The notes below the pieces were generated by a model that saw only the letters and a list, made by a program, of their open reading frames with translations, was not told where the DNA came from and made no database searches. Of a DNA stretch of 64,000 nucleotides, positions 52,586 through 64,000 are shown in pieces (position 1 is the stretch's first letter; the number at the start of each line of letters is the position of its first letter). Both the position numbers and the translations under genes were made by a program. Source of the DNA: Octopus sinensis (taxonomy: Eukaryota); the NCBI RefSeq assembly GCF_006345805.1, contig NC_043011.1:37584464-37648463 (forward strand). Reading direction: 5' to 3'.

Positions 52586-53124
52586 ATATATATATACATA
52601 TATAGGTTTTGTTAATATCCCAGTTGACTCACACTTCTTTCTCCCAAACATAACAATATGAATCTTCTACATTTAATTCTTCTGCTCTATTCTTTCTCAA
52701 GTTCAGTGAAATTTTGGTTAGACTTCCTGAACTGAAGAGTACAATGATATATATAATTCAATTAACTTAATTAATTTAATCTAACTCAATTCAGTCATGA
52801 ATTTGCATTATTTTTTCAATCTCAATACGAAACGATTGCCTCCATGAATTAAAATTCTCGCATATTTTAATTATTTATCTTCTCTATTTTTAATTAAATT
52901 GATGAGTTATATGGGTCTTCTTTCCATAAATTCAGCACACATCATATACAAGAATTACTCTCATATCTTCGGAAAGTTACGCCTTTAAACTAGGAGCAAA
53001 ATATGAAAAAATAACATTAGAAATCTTTTGAGGAAACCTCCAAATTAAAGGACGAATCTATATTCAACATGTTTACACCTATGTTACTATACGTATATAT
53101 ATATGTATATATATATATATATAT

Positions 53125-53170
<46 letters not shown>

Positions 53171-53532
53171 ATATGTATATATGTATATATATATGTGTGT
53201 GTTGTGTGTATGTATATGTATATGTGTATGCATATAGAATATGCCTGTTTTAGTTCACTAGTGATCTAAACGAATAGATACGATAGGTAAGTTATAAAAT
53301 TAGTCTTCCGTTAGGTTCCAAGTTCACAGCTGAGACCGGAGTTAGGAGAATAAAGTTCATGAAAATGATGAACTCTGACCTTTATTCTCATATCTATATT
53401 CTCTTTACGTTTACTCTTTATTCTTCTATTTTATTCCTTATAAACTGGGAATTTCCCTGTCTGGAACTTTCATACATAATCACCTTGTCTCTGATGATGG
53501 AATAAGCAGTGTAAGGACATGCAAGCCTATCC

Positions 53533-53842
53533 CATCATTCATCATCATTTTTCGACCGTGGTCGAGACAATGGAATTTACTATGCTACGCCAGACTTCAC
53601 GGTCCATCATGGCATTACGGAGGTCCTGATGCTGGATGCCTGTATCCATGGAGATTACTTCAGGGTAGGAGAATGTACGCCCTCTGGCATTACGAGTAGA
53701 TGGCTTCCAGAGGAGGAGAGTAGAAATTAACTCTTTTTCAGCTCTACAACAATGTCCAGCAAATTGGGCTCTCCTACCTTTCACAAGAGATGACACAGGT
53801 GGTAGCTTCCCATATATTTGCATTTTGGTTGGATGGGAGCCT
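53533..53842 (-). mobile_element. RTE-clade LINE 3' end
   Basis: ORF 53545..53847 reads ..IYGKLPPVSSLVKGRRAQFAGHCCR...LLLWKP...GR...DTG...AMMDREVWR. A (TGA)n tail follows the stop directly. Confidence 0.85.
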
Positions 53843-54238
53843 ATCACATAGGATATCCCAGGAACAGTTTACTCTAAATTATTATAAAATGATTATTAAT
53901 AACTTGAGATGTATAAATGTATATACATATATACATATGCATACATATATATGTGTGTTGTATCAAGAAACAAGTACTAATTAATGGCTAATTTATAAGT
54001 CATGGGGCTGTATGAATATATTTACATTTCACATTGTACTATTTCTATACAATTAACGATTTTGGCTAATATACTTATAATCGTTTGTCCATCTATGAAA
54101 ATATTGCTTCAAAACGGCTGCAAAACGCTGTTTTCCTTCTTATATTTATATGTGTTTATCATTAAATTCACCTAACCAACCGTAAGGAAATATTTTTCCA
54201 GATATGGACATAAATCATATATATATATATATATACAT

Positions 54239-54272
<34 letters not shown>

Positions 54273-54770
54273 TTAAATATATATATATAAACACACACAC
54301 ACACACACAGAAGGGGGAGAAATAGAGAGTAAGTCGCGGAGAGAAAGTAAAGTGAGACACAGATAAAGTAGGAGAGAGGGGAGAGGGAGAACGAGAGAAA
54401 AGGGATGAGATGGAAGTGAGTTGGAGAATGTCACATGTTGATATGTTAGCTGGATAGAGGTCAGCGATCTCATTTACATCATGGTCATTATATAACTATC
54501 TGTTGCTCACTGATCTGGATTAGCAGTGTCATGGAGAGGCAGAGTTCATCACTCATATCAGTAGGAACTTTATATAATGGATTTTAAACGGATGAGGATT
54601 TCTTAAATATATTCTGGTAACTCAATATACAATATATTTCTCATTTGAAAACTAGGATGGAAGCAAGAAACTATGTATGTATGCTCGTGTTTATACATAC
54701 ACGCATACATAAATGCATACACACTCATATACACTCATATACACGCACATACACATACACACACACACAC

Positions 54771-54830
<60 letters not shown>

Positions 54831-55042
54831 CAAAATAGATAGAGTACTATTTGTTGATTTTTCTGTCACGGAACAGTACATTGTGTGTGTGTGTGTGTGT
54901 GTGTGTTTCTTTCTGTGTATATATGTACAATTTTCTTTCAATACAGGTTGTTTAAGGCGTTTGAATGAAACACGAATGTTTCCACAGGTAAATTTTTCAA
55001 CATGCCTGCAACTCAGAGTACCATGGAATCCCAATCAAGCTG

Positions 55043-55094
<52 letters not shown>

Positions 55095-55427
55095 CAAATA
55101 GACTCATAAACTCGGATAGAAGGTTAGAAAAAGAGTACTGGAATACCGGAAGTAGAGTAATATGGTTTTTTATTATTAAAGCTGCAATAGCATCACAAAA
55201 ATATCCTAATAAACTGCTACTCAGAGTTTATTTTGTTCCATCCTCAATCTAAACTATCTGACGAATGAGAATATGAAACTCTGAATAAGTGTATGTATCT
55301 ATTATGTTTTTGCTGCATTAATACTAATAAAGTATACATATAAATATCCATACATAAGCATCTATACACATATACATATAGAAGAAACAATGGCTACGGA
55401 ATATAGAGTATACTGGAAAGTTCATTT

Positions 55428-55534
55428 ATCATAACGATCGTTTCGACACGTCCCGCATCGCTCACTTGCGGGTGGGATACAATGCAAATAATTTTCGTGC
55501 AACTCAGGGGGAGGACGCATCTTTTCAGGTGATG
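55428..55534 (-). ncRNA. Degenerate hammerhead motif with a long stem II insertion
   Basis: Minus strand reads ATCAC-CTGAAAA-GATGCGTCC...GGACGTGTC-GAAAC-GATC-GTT-ATGAT. Stem II has 9 pairs, the stem III loop is palindromic and core G8 is replaced by A. Confidence 0.55.
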
Positions 55535-55670
55535 TAACGCAGTATTCCGCTACATATGTAATATTTGCTTTTAGTCTTAACTACACAATGTTGATAGTAG
55601 ATGTATTTAGAATGCATTGAGAAGTGCCAACGCACGAAAATCTCGGACCTTCAGTCATTCAGTTACTCCC

Positions 55671-55708
<38 letters not shown>

Positions 55709-55850
55709 TGAGAACGCGAAACCGGTCGTTTCTTCAAAAACTATGTCATTGTATGGAAAAAAGATTTATAACATTCTTCAGACATAATGACTCAAATATA
55801 TAGTTTTTAACCTTTTAAAACAAGCCTTCTGTACTTTTTTCACTTTTTAC

Positions 55851-55902
<52 letters not shown>

Positions 55903-56563
55903 TGAGAGAAAAACCACTATTATGCAATTCAAACAATGATAGACATAAATCAAATCATAAATAAAAAATTAAATATATTTTGAAACTCATAAATAGATAA
56001 AAAACAGTACAAAAATGAATTAACAATATATAATAAGTAATAAGTATAATAAGTAATATATAATAAGTATACGGGAACAAACACATAAATGTGAGACAAG
56101 AAGGAAAAAGGGTACTGAAATACGAATGGGAACGTGAAACTCTGAGTAACAGTTTTTGTGATATTTCTGCTACTTGTATATAAAGTATATGTATATATAT
56201 ATATATATGTATAATTGATTAGAGAACGAACATTACACTCGGACCAACGACTTTATTTAACCCCACGCTTCTAAACATTCCATCATATATAGAATATATT
56301 TTGTATTTTATATGTGCATATATATATTTAGCATCGGTGTTTTATATGTATTCCTTTCAGATGTTGATGAAATGTATGGAAGCGTGGAGTTATATAAAGT
56401 GGTTTGCCTCAAGTTGATGTTTATTCTGTAATCAATGATATTTTGTCTCTGTCTCAATTTCACTTGAGCACATCCTTTTTGGACCCCTATATATTTTTTT
56501 TTGGTTTCCTTAAAAATAAAGGAAAATTATTTCTCGTCATATATATATACTTACATGTATATA

Positions 56564-56781
56564 CAGTAATCCTTTGGCTATCGCGGGTGGTACCTTCTAA
56601 AACCACCGCAATAGGTGAAAATCCGCAAAGTAAAAACAGTACTATACTGTATATCGTTTTAGTCATTTTAATAATCTGTATATATTTATTTTATTATAAA
56701 TGCAAAAGAACACCACGGAGGAATCGACATTAGCTTAAATAATAAATTGCGATAGAACTGCGATATGGCGAGCGATTACTG
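56564..56781. mobile_element. pogo/Tigger-like MITE
   Basis: TA-CAGTAATCCTTTGGCTATCGC ... GCGATATGGCGAGCGATTACTG-TA: imperfect TIRs starting CAGTA with TA flanks. Confidence 0.7.
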
Positions 56782-56810
56782 TATATATATATATATATTT
56801 ATATATATAA

Positions 56811-57416
56811 ATACCTTTTTCTTTACTACCCACAAGGGGCTAAACATAGAGGGGACAAACAAGGACATACAAACGGATTAAGTCCATTACATCGACCCCA
56901 GTGCGTAACTGGTACTTAATTTATCGACCCCGAAAGGATGAAAGGCAAAATCGACATCGGCGGAATTTGAACTCAGAACGTAGCGGCAGACGAAATACCT
57001 ATTTCGTTACTACCCACAGGGGGCTAAACAAAGAGAGGACAAACAAGGACAGACAAACGGATTAAGTCGATTACATCGACTCCAGTGCGTAACTGGTACT
57101 TAATTTATCGACCCCGGAAAGTTGAAAGGCAAATTCAAACGTAACGGCAGACAAAATGCCTATTTCTTTATTACACACAAGGGGCTAAACACAGAGGAGA
57201 CAAACAAGGACAGGCATGGGTATTAAGTCGATTACATCGACCCCAGTGCGTAACTGGTACTTAATTTATCGACACTGAAAGGATGAAAGGCAAAGTCACC
57301 TCTGCGGAATTTGAACTCACAACGTAACGCAGACGAAATACCGCTAATCATTTCGCCCGATGTGCTAACGTTTCTGCCAGCCCGGCGTGCTAACGTTTCT
57401 GCCAGCCCACCGCCTT
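56811..57416 (-). mobile_element. MESC/Meta-like SINE head-to-tail trimer, tail type B
   Basis: Three body-plus-tail units of about 165-185 bp with a single head at the right end. The junctions are ..AAATA|GGYATTTYGTCTGCC. The head carries a 25-nt-period duplication at about 57362..57408. Confidence 0.85.
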
Positions 57417-57857
57417 CAGTTTTAACCTAATAATAAACACAATTAAGCATTTCTGCTCGCTGTCATTAAGAGTGGTGATATATATATATTGTAGACACTC
57501 CACATTTTTCATTTTCACTATGATACCTCTATCCTTCTTTTACGTTCAGCCCCTCCTCTATATCTATCCCGCTATCATGATGTTTGTAAATTATTTCTAC
57601 TGTTAACGGATGAATATTTAATCTTAAGTATCACATGGACAATAAAACTAAAATGAAATGACGCACGACCCCTCCTCCCCAATAAAACACATATGTAATA
57701 TATATAATATATTATATATATATATACATATATATAGGTGTGTGTGTGCGTGTGTTTATATATATATGCATATATAAACATATATACATGCATATCCATA
57801 CACACATATGAATACACATATGCACATACATGAATATATGTGTGTATGCATCTATGT

Positions 57858-57902
<45 letters not shown>

Positions 57903-58270
57903 CATCTCTATTCGGCCTTGCTTATATTAATAGGAATATGAAAGGGGTATTTAAATCAGATGCACTTTAACGTCATTTTTAATTGTTATATGATATAAAG
58001 TTACAGAATAAAATAAAATTAATCAGCATAGGGAATAAATGTAATTATACATTTTACGACATAATGCCGAACTGTTTAGCAAAATTTTAATAGCTTTATT
58101 CATACTTCAATGAGAAAATAATTATGCAGGCTGGCGAAAATATAGCAGCTGGTTAAGATATGATGAGCCTTTAAATGGATAGATATGCTACCCGCTACGT
58201 GATGCACGAATCACTTTGGATCAAGTGAGGAAAAAAATTACCGCTCATATATTAAGGAGCTGAACATGTA

Positions 58271-58442
58271 CAGGCGCAGGCGCGGCTATGTGGTAAGAAG
58301 CTTGCTTCATAACCACATGGTGTCTCGTTCAATGTGGCAGCTTAGGCAATTGTCTTCTTCTATAGAATCTTTTATAGGATCGTGCCGACGAAAGCCTTGA
58401 GAATGGATTTGTTAAACAGGCAATGAAAGCAGTCCGTCGTAG
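58271..58442 (+). mobile_element. tRNA-derived SINE 5' module
   Basis: AGGCGCAGGCGCGGCTATGTGGTAAGAAGCTTGCTTC..AACCACATGG..CGTTCA: A-box-like and B-box-like elements, followed by a CORE-like TTAGGCAATTGTCTTCT. Confidence 0.65.
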
Positions 58443-58697
58443 ACAAACACACACACACACCCACATATGTAATGTTAAGGAGAATTCAAATAGGTTTAAC
58501 AGTAATTGTAAACATATATTGCGCCATGGATCGATGTATATTAGTTTTTAAATATACAAAAATATCAATCATTAAAATATTAATACCTACCGAAAATCTA
58601 TGAATACATAAATATATAAAAATTTAATATACATATATGAAAAGACGAATGGGATTAAGTTATAAAAATATACATGTATAAAAGTATAACCGTATAA

Positions 58698-58756
<59 letters not shown>

Positions 58757-59357
58757 TAGATAGATAGATAGATAGATATATATTTAGAATAACAATCGCA
58801 TTAAAAGGCGTTGTAGAAAATATTTTAAAATAAATATGCTCTTACGAGAAGGCGAATAAGATAAAGTCTAGAAAATTACGACTTTTAAATCTCACAACGA
58901 GATATATTCAGCAACAGTACTTTGGAGTAAAAATGGTTTGCCAGCATAACATAGCAGTCCTGGTTTAGGACGAATGTTGCTGTAATTTATCCTCAGGAGA
59001 TATCGTCTCCAGCTGGCTATACGGCACAATATCTGTCATTATATTTTTGAAAATATATGAACAAATACATGTTCATAAGCGCATCTTTTAACGTGCTTCC
59101 AAATGGATAATACTAAATGTAACTAAACATACTAATTGTCCAAGCAGGTGGGTATATGTGTGGCGTATTTGAATGCGCTCTTCGATTTGAGGTTTTTCAT
59201 CGATTTTTATAATAGGATGACCTTATGTTCAGTTCGTTTATTTTCTTTATTCCATGCTTAAGACCGTTATTTGAAAGGACCAATGAAACAAGTCCATTTT
59301 TAAAGGTGTATCCCTTAACTAGTTTTGATCATATCGTTATTTCTGTTCTATTTTAAC

Positions 59358-59506
59358 AAAACTGTCCGGCGAACGGGAGCGTGAAACTCTGAGTAACAGC
59401 TTTTGTTATAGTTCTGCTACTTTTAAATAAAGCATTTAACTCTACCTCTCGTATTTGAGTACTCTCTTTCTTCCGCCTTGTTTCCCATTTACATGCTTAC
59501 TCCGGT
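59358..59506 (+). mobile_element. PLE terminal-repeat-like sequence with a degenerate hammerhead
   Basis: ACTGT-CCGGCGA-ACG-GGAG-CGT-GAAAC-TCTGA-GTA-ACAGC. Related fragments occur at 55258..55287 (CTGACGA..GAAACTCTGA) and 56122..56160. Confidence 0.55.
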
Positions 59507-59586
59507 ATATATATATATATATATATACATATACAGAGGAAGAGATGTTTGTATGAATACACATTTATATGTATGTTTATGTATAT

Positions 59587-59635
<49 letters not shown>

Positions 59636-60236
59636 TATATATATAATATATATATATATATATACACACATATATAAACATTTATATCCATTCATAGAGA
59701 CATAGAGAGAAAGAGAGAGAACGTGTGTGTTTGTTGGTGTAAAATACAGCTATACACAAAAGCAGAAAATTATGAATAAATCAATAAAGGCATACTTACA
59801 AAACAGCATCCACATACAAACACGCACAAATATGAACATCGTACACTTCTCTGCAGTCATCAAAATCCACCATGGCATATACACGAACATAAACACGTAC
59901 GCCAAGCACGCAGAATTGTGGAGTAAAATCACATAAAGTCATACATTGATATATATATATATATAAGCGAAAATTACTAATAAACACGAACATAGACAAA
60001 AGAACACCTATGCACACCTCTTCACACGATATATGTGCCGTCAGGTTTACTGGGGGCAACGAGGTTGACTTTGTTCGTAAACATACACATATATTTCCTC
60101 GGATACACACACTCACTCGTTCTCACATTCACAATTACATTTTTACACATGCACACTCGTATCTGTGCACCTATACATTCAAACATACATAGGTGTATAT
60201 ATTATACATATATGTATATATGATATGCATATGTGC

Positions 60237-60313
<77 letters not shown>

Positions 60314-60352
60314 TATATAAAATATATATATCTATATATTTATATATATATA

Positions 60353-60415
<63 letters not shown>

Positions 60416-61099
60416 GTATGTATATATATATATATTACATTACCTATCATACACATGTTTTTCCTATAATAAGAAATAGGAGGCTGTCAGAATTTTGGAT
60501 AATTCTTTATTTAGCGGTTTCGTCCATTCGTGGGGACTCTTCTATTTCTTGTACATATATATATATATATATATATACATATACGTATATATATATATGT
60601 ATGTGTGTGTGTATGTGTGTATGTGTATGTGTGTGTGTGTGTGTGTATACACAGACATATATAACTGTGTGTGAGTCTATGTCCATTAATGTTTGTGTTA
60701 ATATAGCATACCGAGCGATTTGCACCAAAGGAATGAAGATATACAATTAGATTTTGAGGCAGAAATCGCAGTAAAAAGCAATTTTTTTCTGCTGTTTCAG
60801 CCCAAAGCTAGCTTACTTGCAGTTTTTGTTTACGTTGTATGAAATATGTTTACACAATATTTTCTAACCATTGGTTTCAGTTCAAACACGTGTTTTTATG
60901 TTCTTCCGTGTCGGTGGAGGGGTCTGAGCGAGAAAGAAATGCAAGGTAGACAGTATATTCAATATATGTCGTGATTGTGGAGAGGAAAGGAAATTATTTT
61001 TTCTCAACTCTTTCTAAGATAGTAGACCCAGCTAATGGCAAACAAGGGCCGCACACTGATGTTAAACCACGTGATGAATCAAATGGAAGTACACACACA

Positions 61100-61156
<57 letters not shown>

Positions 61157-61167
61157 GTGTGTGTGTG

Positions 61168-61817
61168 TGCCTCAGACAGATCTATGGCGTTAAGTGGAAG
61201 GACCGCGTCAGTGATCTTGAAATATTGGAAGGCTCTCGGTGTGAAAGTATAGAAGCTCTTGTCTTAAAGCAAAGGCTCAGATGGAGTGGTCATCTGGTCA
61301 GAATGAAGGATTCAAGGATGCCAAAACAACTATTTTATGGAGAGTTAGCTAAAAGAGAACGACCTCCACATAAACCAAAAAAGATGTATAAGGACTTGCT
61401 GAAGGCTTCCTTAAGAGATGCTTGCATCTCTCCTGACACATGGGAAGGCATAGCTATTGATCGTAGCAGGTGGAGAAGGACTGTGCATGAGGGGACAGCC
61501 ACTTTTCAGAAATCTCGACTTGCACATGAGAAAGTAAGGAGGGATATCAGGAAGCGCATCGCTGTTACACTTCCAGAAGGAAGGGTCTTCCTTTGATTCT
61601 GACATGCAATATCTCTGCAAGAGGCAGGAGGACTTAAACGACATGCAAAGGTACATGAAGCCCAGTTACAACTACAGCCGGCTATTACCAGTTTCAGTTG
61701 CCAATTTTGTACAAGACATTGTAGATCTATAGCTGGGCTTAAAAGTCACATTCGATCACAGCACCAGTAACAGTTAAGCTTCGTGCAATGGCCATACTCG
61801 ATAACGAGGGGGCAGCC

Positions 61818-61820
<3 letters not shown>
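61168..61820 (+). mobile_element. RTE-clade (BovB-like) LINE 3' end with C-terminal C2H2 fingers
   Basis: CLRQIYGVKWKDRVSD.EIL...RLRWSGHLVRMKDSRMPKQLFYGEL..R..KPKK.YKD.LK..L...I...WE..A.DR..WR, then FSCQFCTRHCRSIAGLKSHIRSQHQ* (stop ends at 61770). Confidence 0.9.
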
Positions 61821-61873
<53 letters not shown>

Positions 61874-62489
61874 GATAACAAAATGGAGGGGATCAAGAGG
61901 TGGTATTCAGCACCTTTTAGACATAGTATTATGTGTATTTATTTAAAAAAATTATAACACTATACATACATGTATAACATATACTTTACATAGAAAATAT
62001 ATAAAAATAACAGTAATTATTAAAATATATAACGTAAAGCATAGAAAGTAGGATGGTATCTTACAACTGTTTCAGCCAAGAGGCCATAGTACCCCACTCT
62101 ACTTCCATCCCTACATGTGAACTGAAGCATAAAATAATCGGTTCCTTCCATAAAATCCTCAAACTTTTACCTACTTCTTTTTCCTGTTTTCTCGGTCTGC
62201 CTTCGACAGTCGCTCAATTCTGGCACTATGATTATTTTAATATGTACACGCTTTCTAAGGTATGTTTGCGTCAACAGAAGTTTATTCTAAAAAGCCTTTT
62301 ATGAAATACAGTTAAGATATCTATACACGTTCTGATTCAGTCTCTCTTGTTGAATGTTCAAACACACCATCTATGTTTCATGTAAACTTTACAGAATTCT
62401 TGTCGAAATGCACCTACACGTTCCCCGTTAATATTTTCTCTTCCAGGAATAAATACATACTTCTTTCATTATTGGCTTAAAATATGCTC

Positions 62490-62725
62490 CTCCGAGGTCG
62501 ACTTTGCCTTTCATCCTTTCGGGGTTTATGAAATAAGTACCAGTAACGTACTGGTGTCGATGTAATCGACTATCCCTCTCTTCCAACTTTTCAGGCCATG
62601 TGCCTATATGAGAAAGGTTTATTGGTTTCAAATTTTGGCACAAGCCAAGCACGTTCCGGTGGTACTTTATTTATCGACCCCGAAGGGAAGAAAGCAAGAG
62701 TCTACTTTGACAGATTTAGAGTTTT
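62490..62725. mobile_element. Cluster of MESC/Meta-like SINE fragments in opposite orientations
   Basis: CCGAGGTCGACTTTGCCTTTCATCCTTTCGGGG.. on the plus strand, followed by GGTACTTTATTTATCGACCCCGAAGG.. in the minus orientation. Confidence 0.6.
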
Positions 62726-63502
62726 CATTCTGGCAGCTCATCGCCGTCATTCTTTCGGTATTGGCAACGAAAATACAGGAACAATAACTGAACGAATAGA
62801 CCGACTGTGCCATTCATGTTTTGGGATCGATAGAATAAAGACCACTTGAACACGGAGATCGATTCGTCCCTCCCTCTTCAAAACTGCGGACCTTGTACCA
62901 AAATATGGAACCAATAACTAAATGGAAAAGACTTATAAACATTAGCATTATTGTAATATTGAAACTTGAAACATCCTCTCTGAACACAGTTACATGTCCG
63001 TGTGTTCTATATTTATGGTTGCTACGTAATCTGGAAATTCATTGCCACCACTAATACATCTGAACCTAAGAAACATTTTGTAAACTGTAAATCTTCCATT
63101 CCTTCTAAACACTATTGACGGTTAGCTTAATTTTCATAAACTATTTTGACAAATATTATGACATTTTTCCACTGAAATCTTTTCAGATTGTCACTTTATA
63201 AAACACATTTAAAACATAGATTTTACTGCAACATTTTTACTGTCATTCGTATCAAACATATGTTTATTATTTCAGTCATTATGTCAATTTTTTTTTTCAT
63301 TATGCTACGGCAATGACGGTGAAAACAGTGACGGCGCTGTCTGAGAATGTACAGATACATTACCTGTTGAAAAACTACAAGACTCAAAATGTGAAAGCTA
63401 AAACTTGTTGATTTCTTCATTATAAAGTTCTCAAGTAGGAATTATTTATATAACTGTTTACATGAATTTCTAATTTATGATAGACAGCGTGTATCCATAT
63501 AT

Positions 63503-63763
63503 ATATTTCTCGGTTTCTATGGCCCATGTCTTTCCCCAGCTGGACGAGACGCCAGTTCATCGCAGCCTTACTCAAGAAAGATTGAGGGAAAGTTGGAGCA
63601 AAAGAGAGAGTACAAGAGGGGTCGCCACCATCCCCTGCCGAAGCCACATGGATCTTTAGGTGTTTTCGCTGAATAAACACACACAACGCCCGGTCTGGGA
63701 ATTGAAACCGCGATCCTCCGTCCGCGAGTCCACTGCCCTAATAACTGCGCCATTGCACCTCCA
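63503..63763 (-). mobile_element. tRNA-derived SINE with a V-domain-like segment
   Basis: Minus strand has a tRNA-like head GGAGGTGCAATGGCGCAGTT...GGTTTCAATTCC, then CTGCGATGAACTGGCGTCTCGTCCAG, similar to the V-SINE motif CTGCGATGGACTGGC.TCCC.TCCAG. Confidence 0.55.
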
Positions 63764-63820
63764 TATATATATATATATATGTATCTATGTATATATATGC
63801 ATATGTATGTGTGTATAATC

Positions 63821-63894
<74 letters not shown>

Positions 63895-64000
63895 TGTATA
63901 TATGCATAAGTATATATATATATATATATATATATAAATATATGTACATGCATAACTATCTATTCATCAAACTCACTCTCTATCTCCCTCTCTCCCTCTC

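Noticed and set aside
56811-57416. CRISPR-like or tRNA-gene array
   Set aside because: The units are SINE bodies of about 180 bp without unique spacers, the context is eukaryotic, and the heads do not form a complete cloverleaf.
58271-58335. Functional tRNA gene
   Set aside because: The tRNA-like boxes are degenerate and followed by a SINE body, so it is called a SINE head instead.
61594-61602. Two in-frame TGA codons near Cys positions of the first RTE zinc finger (possible selenocysteine or readthrough)
   Set aside because: The spacing does not fit C-x2-C-x12-H, and TGC codons are present in the shifted frames. Compensating indel decay is the simpler explanation.
62053-62215. Possible minus-strand hammerhead (GAAAC-AGTT-GTA)
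   Set aside because: No convincing CUGANGA with a pairing stem II could be placed.

Overview
This is very AT-rich eukaryotic DNA saturated with microsatellites ((TA)n, (TAA)n, (GATA)n, (GAA)n, (CA)n). I could not identify any host protein-coding exon with confidence. The repeat repertoire resembles that of an octopus or other coleoid cephalopod (inference from recalled repeat families, not a database result). The window is mostly transposable-element debris: Penelope-like elements (PLEs), many with minimal hammerhead-ribozyme motifs and inverted terminal repeats; R4/Dong-like fragments inside (TAA)n; L1/Tx1-like, CR1 and RTE LINE fragments; two Tc1 transposase pseudogenes; two non-autonomous Helitrons; a pogo/Tigger-like MITE; and many tRNA-derived SINEs. 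Five observations stand out. (1) A young 5'-inverted PLE at 32.85-34.5 kb has an intact GIY-YIG frame, an Asn-rich linker and a hammerhead with a branched stem II. (2) An 86-nt insertion appears to be copied from two nearby reverse-complement templates. (3) A SINE subfamily shares its 3' tail with an L1/Tx1-like LINE in the same window and forms head-to-tail multimers at a fixed junction. (4) One hammerhead family carries CUGUUGA in all three copies. (5) A non-coding retroposon sits inside (TAA)n in both of its copies. Most ORF-track entries are microsatellite artefacts. Boundaries of degraded elements are approximate.
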